This document shows positions 1 through 11,499 of a stretch of DNA of 64,000 nt, piece by piece. The translations under genes were made by a program, and so were the position numbers. Numbering within the stretch: position 1 is the first letter of the stretch; each line of letters opens with the position of its first letter. This DNA is from Haliotis rubra (taxonomy: Eukaryota). The stretch spans positions 868,001 to 932,000 of the forward strand of contig NW_025765003.1 in the NCBI RefSeq assembly GCF_003918875.1. Reading direction: 5' to 3'. Under the pieces are notes generated by a model. That model saw nothing but the letters and a program-made list of their open reading frames with translations. It did no database searches and was not told the origin of the DNA.

Positions 1-1034
1 GGAATTAATAGTTATATTTTGAGCTTTGTAACATTAGCCGAAGGTAATTAAGTCAAGAGTATATTGGCATACATTCCTTTGTCAACCCGCGTCAAAAATG
101 TACTTATTTATGACTGAGAACCATTGTGTCGCTTGAACAGTATCCAGCAACCCCACCGAACTTAGGGTACAATTTCTTGCCCCACCTGTCTCCTCCACGC
201 GTGATCGCTACGTCGCAGTGCTGGGCTGGGTCCCGAAACCTATTGAATCACATCTTTAATTTATGTAACATAAATTAGTGTCATAACGCCGGTGTGAGGA
301 ATTATAACAACAAGTACAAAGAATCACAGAACTTTAACCGGGTCAATCGTGTTGTCAACGTGTTTATCGCTGTAAGGTATACCCATGTCTTTATATCTTT
401 GCATGCCGAAAGGCACTTAATCAATGAAGTCTCTACGGAGATATAATTAATTTTCAAACTGACTTGTAATTTTCATGTCTTAGTCCCCATTGTTACGGAC
501 TATGTCGTGACACGAGCGTCGAACGAGTCCCCTGGGGGGTCATTACATTATTATCATATGAATACTAGTAATATATCCCCTTTGTGCTGGCTTGCTTTAC
601 CTGGTGATATGCTGGCATAATGCGAGGAGAACTGAAATTTATGAATATTTATCGTTATGAATGCCTGGTGAAGGCTTGTTTACTCTGCGCAAGAATACGA
701 GCTCATTGTGCCACCATACAATAGCATTTGACCCACGGCGGTGTAATTATATATGTTGTTTTATTACAAAAGTCAGTTTGATGTAATTTGAATATTGCAT
801 TACACTTATATTCGGAAGGAAATCCTCATTAGGGTCTTCAATTTCAGCGTAACGAGAGCATTTTTTGTGTTGATTGTTCACGAAACCCCTTAAGCATTCC
901 GGCCACAAAGTGCGCTTATGAACACCAGCGGAGAGTCCTTATGTTGAGGAGCACGGGTGTGATATGTACAGTGAAGGAAATAAGGGGAATGCCTGCAGGA
1001 TGCTCCCCCGTCATATTCCTTGCAGATAATGTAT

Positions 1035-2985
1035 ATGTGAGATGTGTGTATATACAGGTGCTGTGTGAGATGTGTGTACAGGCAGGTGGCGTGTGAGATG
1101 TGTGTACAGGCAGGTGGTGTGTGATGTGTGTACAGGCAGGTGTTGTGAGATGTGTGTACAGGCAGGTGTTGTGAGATGTGTGTACAGGCAGGTGTGTGTA
1201 CAGGCAGGTGTGTGAGATGTGTGTACAGGTGGTGTGTGTGAGATGTGTGTACAGGCAGATGGTGTGTGAGATGTGTGTACAGGCAGGTGGTGTGTGATGT
1301 GTATACAGGCAGGTGGTGTGTGAGAGGTACAGATGGTGTGTGTGATGTGTGTATATACAGGCAGGTGTGTGTACAGGCAGGTGGTGTGTGAGATGTGTGT
1401 ACAGGCAGGTGGTGTGTGAGATGTGTATACAGGCAGGTGGTGTGTGAGATGTGTGTACAGACAGATGGTGTGTGAGATGTGTGTACAGGGTGTGTGAGAT
1501 GTGTATACAGGTGGTGTGTGTGAGATGTGTATACAGGCAGGTGGTGTGTGAGATGTGTGTACAGGCAGGTGGTGTGTGAGATGTGTGTACAGACAGATGG
1601 TGTGTGAGATGTGTGTACAGGCAGATGGTGTGTGAGATGTGTATACAGGCAGGTGGTGTGTGAGATGTGTGTACAGGCAGATGGTGTGTGAGATGTGTGT
1701 ACAGGCAGATGGTGTGTGAGATGTGTGTACAGGCAGGTGGTGTGTGAGATGTGTGTACAGGCAGATGGTGTGTGAGATGTGTATACAGGCAGATGGTGTG
1801 TGAGATGTGTGTGAGATGTGTGTATGTGTGTACAGGCAGATGGTGTGTGAGATGTGTATACAGGCAGACAGATGGTGTGTGAGATGTGTGTACAGGCAGA
1901 TGGTGTGTGAGATGTGTGTACAGGCAGATGGTGTGTGAGATGTGTATACAGGCAGGTGGTGTGTGAGATGTGTGTACAGGCAGATGGTGTGTGATGTGTA
2001 CAGGCAGATGGTGTGTGTACAGGCAGATGGTGTGTGAGATGTGTGTACAGGCAGGTGGTGTGTGAGATGTGTGTACAGGCAGATGGTGTGTGAGATGTGT
2101 GTACAGGCAGATGGTGTGTGAGATGTGTATACAGGCAGGTGGTGTGTGAGATGTGTGTACAGGCAGATGGTGTGAGATGTGTGTATATACAGGTGGTGTG
2201 TGAGATGTGTCTACGGACAGGTGGTGTGTTTGAGGTGTGTATATAGACAGGTGGTGTGTGAGGTGTTTATACAGGCAGATGGTGTGTGAGATGTGTATAC
2301 AGGAGGAAGGTGGTGTGTGAGATGTGTGTGTACAGGCAGATGTATACAGGTGTGTGAGGTGTGTGTACAGGCAGGTGGTGTGTGTGAGTGTGTAGTGTGT
2401 GAATATACAGGCAGGTGGTGTGTGAGATGTGTATACAGGAAGGTGGTGTGTGAGATGTGTGTACAGGCAGATGGTGTGAGATTTGTGTATATACAGGTGG
2501 TGTGTGAGGTGTGTTTATAGACAGGTTGTGTGTGTGAAATGTGTATAGAGACAGGTGGTGTGTGAGGTGTGTGTATAGACAGGGTGTGTGAGGTGTGTAT
2601 GTAGACAGGTGGTGTGTGAGGTGTGTGTATAGACAGGTGGTATGTGAGGTGTGTGTATAGAAAGGTGGTGTGTGAGGTGTGTATAGACAGGTATTGTGTG
2701 AGAAATGTGTATACAGACTGGTGGTGTGTGAGGTGTGTGTATAGACAGGTTGTGTGAGGTGTGTGTCTGAGGTGTGTGTATAGACAGGTTGTGTGTGAGG
2801 TGTGTGTATAGACAGGTTGTGTGTGAGAAATGTGTATACAGACAGGTGGTGTGTGAGTTGTGTGTACATACAGATGGTGTGTGAGAAATGTGTATACAGA
2901 CAGGTGGTGTGTGAGGTGTGTGTATAGACAGGTGGTGTGTGAGAAACGTGTATACAGACACGTGTGTGAGGTGTGTGTATATACA
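1035..2985. repeat. TG-rich minisatellite, ~28-bp monomer (agatgtgtgtacaggcaggtggtgtgtg)
   Basis: Directly visible tandem array. The monomer drifts to aggtgtgtgtatagacaggtggtgtgtg in the 3' third. Confidence 0.95.
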
Positions 2986-3728
2986 TTTGATGAATATCAT
3001 ATGCAATACATTCTCCGATAAACACAGTGGGGTAAGTGTTAATCTTTTTAGGGTTCAATTCCACGCTGAGCCTTGAAAGCCTGGTCGTGCTATTACTGGC
3101 ATAATACTAAAATGGGTGTAATAACAAAAAACAACAACACACACTTACTCATTCACTCGATCACTCACCAACTCACTCACCTACCAACTCACTCACTCAC
3201 AAAGGGACACACACGCACGCAAAGTAAAGATAAAAATAAAGTCGAAAAACATGTATTTGTGTTGAAAGTCAAGCGTAAGTCAACCGCACGGAGACATTTG
3301 CTGTAATATTTCAAATCTGAAACTGGCGAGCTGGGTATCCCTTACACAACCTACAATAACACTCACCGACGAGACAGAACACACCCAGTCATTAATGAAA
3401 CAGTCATGTCTATATTATGTTACATATCTAAAACTAGATTTGCATTTCCGAGCCTGTTTTAAATTGGGTCTTCCATGGTCAAATCTCACTGTGTTAAACA
3501 ATTCAATAACAGTAAAGAGCAGGCTGAGAAGGTCTTTCACGGCCACTGAAAGTTTATGACGTCAGCCAAGTGATTGACAGGTGGTAATCCCTGGTACATT
3601 TCATTCTGAAATAGCCACGCCCACGTGTCAGTCTTTCCCAGTACGTTGCTGTTACGCTGACGCATTTAGTATGTAATTCCTTCTACGCTGTATCACCTTA
3701 GTACTTCCAATCTGGACTATATCAATCA

Positions 3729-3822
3729 GTACTTGTGAGGAAAATAGTATCCCTTCCCCACGCTGCAACACATGCGGGGTCTCCCAAGCTGTTGGGGAAA
3801 CGCGAACAGGATACCACTTTCC
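3729..3822 (+). ncRNA. Degenerate HDV-like (double-pseudoknot) ribozyme candidate
   Basis: Order P1(gtacttgt)-P2(ggaaa..gtatcc)-P3-L3(cccacgct)-P3'-P1'(acacatgc)-GG-P4(cccaa/ttggg)-GCGAA-P2'(ggatac..tttcc). Several mismatches. Confidence 0.35.
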
Positions 3823-4465
3823 TTTAAGACTAGAGTCTACATCGCTAAATTATTTGTCCCTGAAACAGAGGCATACTGACGTATTCCCTTTATTTATTGT
3901 ATATTAAAATGTGTATTAGAAAGCAGATCATGGAATCTTTTCATTATCATTGAAAATTAAGAATTCTAAACTTGCTAAAGAATTGTAGATTGGCTGAGAT
4001 TTCGGTGACGTGGTTTGTTTTGTAGCCAATCTGAGAGACAAGGCATAACCGTCAGCTGACAGCTTCCTGTGCAGACGGAGACGTTTATACTAATTTTGAG
4101 AAGAATTTGTTTGTGTGTAATTAGAATACTGAAGAGATGTAAACATGCGAAAACTGGTGGTTACCCGGAACTTATAAATGCCATTTGTCTCCATCAACGG
4201 AGCTGACAAACAAGAATAGTGTGTTCCTATATGTTCTCGTGCGTTTTAGGCGAAAAATTGACTTGCCTCTGCATGTGTCTGTGATGGGCGCCGCTGGGGG
4301 AGCAGGATACGCTCACCCTTTCGCGAACTCTTGGCATCGTTGCAATTGCTAGTGTGTGATTCCTAAACACATGATATAATCGGAATCGGCCAATTGACGG
4401 ATTGTTAGCAGTCAGCAGAGATTTCCTATAACCGTGGATCAATTAGGTTTTGTAGCTATATTTGG

Positions 4466-4720
4466 GACTGTCTGGTAGCCTAGAGGTTAAAGCGTCCACT
4501 CGTCACGCCGATAACACGGGTTCAGTTCCCCACATGGGTACAGTGTGCAGGGGCGGATCCGGAAGATAAAACCATGGGTGCCTTCCCCAGTGGTAAAAGT
4601 GTTCGCTCATCATGCCATAGGTGCGGGTCAATTCCCTACATGGGTACAATGTAGGATTTCATTATCCCCATCGATATATTGCTGGAATATTGCTAATAGT
4701 AGATCCCTACTCACTGACTC
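4466..4720 (+). mobile_element. Two degenerate SINE-A fragments
   Basis: gtagcctagaggttaaagcg...ggttcagttccccacatgggtaca, then a second decayed copy ending gctggaatattgct...actcact. Confidence 0.75.
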
Positions 4721-4733
4721 TTAAATTATTTCT

Positions 4734-4905
4734 GGGCGGTGGGGTAGCCTAGAGGGATAAAGCGTTGGCTCATCACGCCGAAAACCCAGGTTCGATTCGA
4801 AACATGGGTACAATGTGTGAAGCCCATTTCTGGTGTCCCACGCAGTGATATTGCAGGAATATTGCTAAAAGCGGCGTCAAATTCCATACTCACTCACTCA
4901 CTCAC
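4734..4905 (+). mobile_element. tRNA-derived SINE (SINE-A), full length
   Basis: A-box-like tagcctagaggg, B-box ggttcgattc, (actc)n tail. 13-bp TSD tta[a/c]attatttct at 4721-4733 and 4906-4918. Confidence 0.9.
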
Positions 4906-5650
4906 TTACATTATTTCTACCGTTATGGGAAACTGTAACGCTCTTCAAAGCGGCGTCAGACCCGGCGAACTTTAATATTTGTAGTTAATGATTCTTATGC
5001 TAACGCTGATCACAGAAGTATGAAGTATTTGAGGTCTCAAATGTATAGACCTACATGTGCAAATGTTCATGAACAGACTGATTCACCATCTGTTTCGTAA
5101 CAAATCTCAGTTTAGCATAAAAATATCTACCGTTTCAACGAATAACTGGAATATACAGTTGTCTGTTGTTTTCCTTTAATCTTCCGACATAGGCCCGTTG
5201 TCACGACGCAGGGAGGACGGAAATTGCTTTATTTTGACACAAACTTGGCGCATGTTTGCAGATGTTTAATTATTTCTTATGTCGCATGTCATAGGTACCC
5301 CGACAGGCGAACTTTAAATATTTATGTACCAGGATGCGTATGATTATTTGCGTTAGCTTTGAAGACTAACAGGACATTTGAGAGAATAACTGTACAAGCG
5401 AGTACAGATTTAGCAATTACCTGAGATAAAAATGTAATCGTCAGTGTAAACCATAAACGAGTATAAAGGAAAACCGCAGGAGGTTTTTAATGGCAGACTT
5501 TGTAACAAGTAAAACCACTTTGAGAGAGATGAGTCAGAGAAGCACACATAACACATCGGTATTAAATTATGACAAAGTTGCCCCGGTGTGTTTAAATATA
5601 GATGGTGGAGTGACGTCTCTTTGACTAAACCCAGTGGGGTCACCCCGCCC

Positions 5651-6270
5651 CCTCCCTACTTGTCCCCCTCAATTTTAGATTCTTCCACTGAAAGACCCTG
5701 AGTCTTAATTCAGGCTTAACCCATAAGCCTCTTTGCAGAGTTATGCCCCTTGTCTGCCAGGATGCGCTGGTTTGGGGTCCTCGATCTTCAGATTTGATGT
5801 CATACCATCCAGGTATTTTGGAACTTATAAACTATTGCCCTCGATCTTAACCCATAGACCTCTCTACAGAGTGATGCCCCTTGTCTGCCAGGATGCGAGG
5901 TTTTGGGGGTCCTCGATCTGCTGACTGAATGACATGCTATCCAGGTATTGTTGGAATTATAAACTACCACGTACCCTCGATCTTAACCCATAGACCTCGC
6001 TGCAGAGTTATGCCCCTTGTCTGCCAGGATGTGTTGGTTTTGAGGTCCCCGATCTGCTGACTGAATGTCATACTATCCAAATATTGTGTACATTATAAGC
6101 TATCCCTCCCTACTTTTCCCCCTCAATTTTACATTATCCCCCTGAAAGACCCTGAGTGTTAACTCAGGTTTAACCCATAAGCCTCTTTGCAGAGTTATGC
6201 CCCTTGTCTGCCAGGATGCGCTGGTTTTGGGGTCCTCGATCTGCAGACTGAATGTTGTGGTATCCAGGCA
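5651..6270. repeat. Four ~130-190 bp tandem units with a gagttatgccccttgtctgccaggatg core
   Basis: Units begin at ~5717, 5848, 5984 and 6171. The leader containing the palindrome cctgagt-gtta-actcagg is duplicated at ~5651 and ~6105. Confidence 0.85.
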
Positions 6271-6568
6271 GTGTGGGTATTATAACACTGCTTATTCCAT
6301 TTGCGAGTCCTTTCAAGAGCAACGTCCCCCATCCATGTGATTACCAGAATTTCCACATGCCCGATGTAGCCCATCCATGTGATTTTATTTCCATATGTGA
6401 CCCATCCTTCCGTTAGACCAGCACCACGTCCACCCGACAGACACCCATCCATACCCCTCGTCCGCTATATACCCCGGGCATACCTCACTCAACACCTGAA
6501 CCTTCCACATCCAACAACCCTCTTCCACCATACCACCCTTTCCAACCCTCCTCCTCTTCTTCAGTATA

Positions 6569-6954
6569 GGGGCAGTGTGGTAGCCTAGTGGTTAAAGCGT
6601 TCGCTCGTCGCGCCGAAGACCTGGGTTCGATTCCCCACATGGGTACAATGTGTGAAGCCCATTTCTGGTGTCCCCCGCCATTGCTAAAAGCGGCGTAAAA
6701 CTAAAAAACTTACTCACTCACTCCTAAGTGGAGGGGCGGTGGGGTAGCCTAGTGGTTAAAGCGTTAGCTCGTCACACCGCCATATAGCTGCATTATTGCT
6801 GAGTGCGGCGTAAAACTAAAGAAAACTCGCTCGTCACGCCAAAGACCCGGGTTCGATTCCCCTCATGGGTAAAATGTATGAAGCGCATTTTTGGTGACTC
6901 CGCCGTGATATTGCAGGGATATTGCTAAAAGCAGCGTAAAACTAAACTCACTCA
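6569..6954 (+). mobile_element. Tandem pair of SINE-A (6569-6723, 6733-6954); the second carries a SINE-B tail fragment
   Basis: Two A/B-box heads and two (actc)n tails. ccgccatatagctgcattattgctgagtgcggcg is inserted at ~6777-6820. Flanking near-repeat tcttc[t/c]tcagta. Confidence 0.9.
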
Positions 6955-6969
6955 TTCTTTCTTCCTCAG

Positions 6970-7070
6970 TAGAAACCGTCATCCCTCCCAATTTCATGAC
7001 TCCCCTCCCGATTCAGCACGAATTTCTGCGCACCACCCCAGCTCCCTTCGCCATGTGGCTGAGAGGCGAG
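6970..7070 (+). CDS. Possible isolated internal coding exon (..ETVIPPNFMTPLPIQHEFLRTTPAPFAMWLRGE), product unknown
   Basis: Polypyrimidine tract plus cag acceptor (ctttcttcctcag), consensus donor GAG|gtgagt, and a 101-nt open frame (phase 1 to phase 0). No homology recognised. Confidence 0.3.
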
Positions 7071-7437
7071 GTGAGTTAGAGTCATGTATACACTCTGCGG
7101 ATTAACACCCTTGTGTTGATTGAAACCTGCACACATGCAGCACGTCACCCACACATCGCCATTCTCGCACGTCGATAATCCCCCTTTCTCACAAATATTA
7201 CTCAAATTTCAATAAAACACATCACACATAATAATTTCAGTATTATTAAGTATCATAATCATACAAAACTCAACCTTCCTATAAATTTACGATTTTTAAA
7301 TATTAATTCATATTCATCATCGCATTTAAGTGAGTCCTTGGGTAGCCCTTTGGTTAAAGCGTTCGCTCGACACGTGTAAGGGCGGGTTCGAATCCGTATG
7401 TGGTATGTGAATCCCATTGCTGTGATATTACACGTTC

Positions 7438-8125
7438 TTGTTTGTTGTTTAACGCCGCACTCAGCAATATTCCAGCTATATGGCGGCAGTCTGTAAGTAA
7501 TAGAGTCTGGACCAGACAATCCAGTGATCAACAGCATGAGCATCGATCTACGCAGTTAGGATACGATGACGTCAGCCAAGTCACCGAGCCTGACCACCTG
7601 ATCGCCTCTTATAGTCTGTTTGTTGTGAAAACGTACCGATGACTTTCCCTTTAAACTAATATGTAAATCCAATAAAGTGAAATTAAGATTGCGATTCCTC
7701 CTGATTTTACCTTGCCAAATGAACATTTAAATCTCAGAATTATATTCAACTTAGGATAAAAGTTGTTTAACAAACGATCATAGATTCAAACCACTATTAC
7801 TGGTTTGTATTTCAAGGGGGTAAGCGCAGTAGTTGTAACAGTGAAACAAATGCACGTGCGGTACGTGATGAGCGTTAACTTTGACCAACCCTACTTGTTC
7901 TCGGTGTTTCATTTAAGGTGCACACACCCTTGTAATACAAACCAATAATAGATTTAAATGTTCAATTGGCAAGGTAAAATTATGAGGATTCGAAATCTTA
8001 ATTGCACTTTATTCGATTTACGTTTTTGTTTAAAGTGAAATTCATCGGTACGTTTTCACAGCAAACAGACTATAGGACAAGCATGGGTTGCTGAAGACCA
8101 ATTCTAACCTGGATCTTCACGGGTC
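7438..8125 (-). mobile_element. SINE-B (aaac-type tail) interrupted by a MITE
   Basis: Reverse complement of the SINE-B consensus, split at cgcctctTA|..|TAggacaagcatggg. Confidence 0.9.
7612..8072. mobile_element. Foldback MITE with ~125-bp TIRs and TA target duplication
   Basis: tagtctgtttgttgtgaaaacgtaccgatg...catttaaatct versus agatttaaatg...catcggtacgttttcacagcaaacagacta. A second, inner inverted repeat lies at ~7795-7828 and ~7919-7950. TA on both sides. Confidence 0.92.
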
Positions 8126-8188
8126 GATATCACATGAATATTGCTAAATGTGAATAAAAGCATACGATAACAACTTCCTGTTGAACGT

Positions 8189-8451
8189 GACCCGTGAAGA
8201 TCCGGGGTAGAATAGGTCTTCAGCAACCCATGCTTGCCACAAAAGGAACTATGCTTGTCGTAAGAGGCGACTAACAGGATCGGGTGGTCAGGCTCGCTGA
8301 CTTGGTTGACACATGTCATCGGTTCCCAATTGCGCAGATCGATGCTCATGCCGTTGATCACTGGATTGTCTGGTCCAGACTCGATTATTTACAGACCGCG
8401 GCCATATAGCTGGAATATTGCCGAGTATGGCTTAAAACTAAACTCACTCAC
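8189..8451 (+). mobile_element. SINE-B, full length, subfamily with duplicated head hairpin
   Basis: Starts gacccgtgaagatcc and ends (actc)n. 13-bp TSD tcctgttgaa[c/t]gt at 8176-8188 and 8452-8464. Confidence 0.93.
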
Positions 8452-8519
8452 TCCTGTTGAATGTAAAGCTCCATAAAGTCGTATATGCTTAGTTATTGAC
8501 TCCCCATCTTCTAGAATGA

Positions 8520-8762
8520 GACCCGTGAAGATCCGGGTTAGAATTGAACTTCAGGAACCCATGCTTGTCGTAAGAGACGACTAACGGGATCGGGTGGTCA
8601 GGCTCGCTGACTTGGTCGACACATGCCATCGTATCCTAACTGCGGAGATCGAAGCTCATGCTGTTGACCACTGGATTGTCTGGTCCAGACTCGATTATTT
8701 ACAGATCGCCGCCATATAGCTGGAATATTGCTGAGTGCGGCGTAAAACTAATCTCACTCACT
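8520..8762 (+). mobile_element. SINE-B, full length
   Basis: Colinear with the other copies from head to (actc)n tail. Confidence 0.92.
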
Positions 8763-9359
8763 GGAATGCCGATCAAACAATTGCTAAATGTAATGTAAAA
8801 CCGAACTCACTCACGTTCATCTACCATTCCTTAAAAAATATATATAAAATTGCTATACTGGACATAATAATGTAATTATAATAATAATTTACTGTCACAA
8901 TGTAATCCCCAGAAGGTGTGTGTGTGTGTAAGGTAGAAGTATTTCGTAAGTAGAATTATATTGAAATAGACTCTTAAGTGAAATTAAATATAAAAGTATT
9001 CCTTGTTTTTTAGGATTGCTATATTCCTAAGTTAGATAACATCGTGTTTCTAATAATCCTTCAGTGTCATACTAGCGGTGATACAAGATTTGGGTGAAGT
9101 TGGGTAAGTATTTAGCCATGTCTGGTTTTTTACGGCGAAATAACAAAAAAAACTTTTCGTTCGAATTTCAATTTCCTGCGATTTGTGCACTTTGTCAGTG
9201 AACGATTATTTCTAAACGGTGTGTCAGTGTAAAACGAGTGAAACCCAATCCTGGAGTCCCAGACCGTGGCATTCCTGGAATATTGATAAAAATGGCGCAA
9301 TTAACCCACCTACCCACTTAACGACAAATCAGTAATCGTACAGCAATGTAGACATTAGG

Positions 9360-9552
9360 TTTGCAATATTCCAGCTATGTTGCTATGGTAACCAGACAAT
9401 CTAGTGGCTGATATCATGAGTATCGATCTACGCATCTTGAATACAACGACGTGCATTAGCCAAGCCAGATCATCCGATCCCGTTAGTGGCCTTCTACAAC
9501 AAGCATAGCTAGTCGCCTCATATAACAAGCATAGGTTGCTGACGACAAATGA
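9360..9552 (-). mobile_element. Old diverged SINE-B
   Basis: gcaatattccagctat..ccagacaat..atcgatctacgc..gatcccgttagt..caagcat. Confidence 0.75.
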
Positions 9553-9594
9553 TAAGCTCAACTGGAACTGTGTCTATTAAGTCATCTTTTCTAT

Positions 9595-9951
9595 ACCTGT
9601 GAAGATCCGGGTGACAATTGGTCTTCAGGAACCCATGCTTGTCGTAAATGACGACTAACAGGAACGGGTGGTCACTCTCGCTGAGTGAGTGAGTGAGTTT
9701 AGTTTTACGCCACACTCAGCAATATTCCAGCTATATGGCGGCGGTCTGTAAATAATCGAGTCTGGACCAGACAATCCAGTGATCAACCACTCTCGCTGAC
9801 GTGGTTGAGACAATCCATCGTATCCCAATTTCGTAGATCGATGCCCATGCTGTTGATCACTGGATTGTCTGGTCTCGATTCGATTATTTACAGACCGCCG
9901 CCATATAGCTGGAATATTGGTGAGTGCGGCGTAAAACTAAATTCACTCACT
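9595..9951 (+). mobile_element. SINE-B containing a nested antisense 5'-truncated SINE-B (9685-9787)
   Basis: Inner TSD cactctcgctga at 9673-9684 and 9788-9799. Outer TSD tcatctttt(t)ctata. Confidence 0.92.
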
Positions 9952-11231
9952 CATCTTTTCTATATCGACATACAATCAAGATGCAGGTGTATGTTTCAGT
10001 CAATGTATGTTCATCATTTTCGCCATACAGCTGTCGGTAACAATGTGGCCAAAATATTAATAGTAATATGAATCATCTTGCCACTACCTCATCGAGATAG
10101 CATGGGTAAATATGTTATGAACACCACGTGTAAGCTTCTATAATTACATTTATGAGGGAAATGACCCCGGGATTATATTGCAACGACAAACACACCACCT
10201 ACTGTGCTACGCCACCGCGACTTAACACTTTTCTTGTCATGTCAACAAGATAGTTAAGAACACGTGTGTGTTTTTCCGGCGAGCACGTTCACGAACATCC
10301 TGTTTTAGGGTCAGATATAAGACATACAAGTCACTTCTATACCTCCTCTTACATATCTCGTGAATCCCATTGGCTGCCCTTTATGTGATCCCAAATCCCC
10401 ACATAGGGTCACGCGATCCCTTGGCCTGTATAGGCTAGGCAAACAATAAGCGACAATCTCACAGCCATGTCAAAAAGATGATTCACAAACCCAATATTTG
10501 CAAAAATTTTGATACGCTTTTGTTGACGGTATCCGACGGATTTTTTCATTTTTCTAAATTTACGCATCATATTTCGAGTAAACAACTTGCGCCCCGATGT
10601 GCAAGCTCCGTATAACTTATAAAGAGAATACAGCTCGGAGTTGCGAGAAACCACACGTTTTGTCAGCTCATTGAATTCCAACCCGACTTAGCGGGGGACA
10701 TCGAAAACTCCTCCACAGGCTGTTGCGTTGAGGGCACTCTCAACACCTGTGTCTCACAAAAACTGCTAAATACTTATTGTGAGATGGAAATTACGATTGG
10801 TATTGAGAAAAGACTATGTTATTTGAGAATAATGTGATTTTGCACGATACTGGACAAAAAATAACCTTTTGCCTAAACTCATTACGTTTTTCGTTAGGTT
10901 CACCTGCTTCGAAAACCATGTAATCTATAATATACATCCAGATGTTGAAAAAAGTGACGTTTTCGATGTTTGCTGTTATTGTGACGAAACGCATGCACCC
11001 TGGTGTACTTTTTATTATGAGGTTATACATCATAGGGAGAAATAGACCCGCGGTAACACACATGCTCGAAGAACAGTGTCGGTATCACAGAAAGTTCCCT
11101 TACATGTAGCTGATAAGCCTTACTTCACCGTATATTGCACTTTTGAAAGTTATTGAAAATAAAAGTTTGAAACCTCTGTCCTAGTAATGACGTGAGGTCA
11201 GTTTAACCAGCGAGACATCCCTCACATACCA

Positions 11232-11362
11232 CGGGGCGTCAGGGTGGCCTTGTGGGTAGAGCTTTCGCCCGTCACTTCGCACGTCCGGGTTCAGTTCCTT
11301 ATATGGGTGCAATGTTCCCCTTATTTCTAGGGTTGTTCCCCGCGGTGTTGTTGCTGTAATGT
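11232..11362 (+). mobile_element. Degenerate SINE-A
   Basis: ggggcgtcagggtggccttgtgggtagagc...ccgggttcagttcc..atgggtgcaatg. Confidence 0.65.
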
Positions 11363-11499
11363 ATAAAACAGGCGTACAACCATATTCACACACTCATGTG
11401 CTATGATAAATTCAAGGTTTGTGACGTGCGCGCACACAGGACCGTGTAGAAAGTGATTAAGGGTTGTGACGAGTGAACGGTTATGCAATCGTATAGTGG

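Noticed and set aside
1-455. Weak inverted similarity between the ends of this segment
   Set aside because: Too degenerate, and truncated by the window edge.
2267-3064. His/Thr-rich ORFs (also 34784-35995)
   Set aside because: Products of (CA)-rich repeats.
4115-4170. Hammerhead-like CTGAAGA..GAAA core
   Set aside because: Stem II is plausible, but no stem I could be formed in either topology.
6569-6645. SINE-A heads as tRNA genes
   Set aside because: They continue into a common body and (actc)n tail with TSDs, so they are SINEs.
10305-11185. Possible DNA transposon remnant
   Set aside because: Only a weak terminal inverted match, with no TSD or transposase motif.
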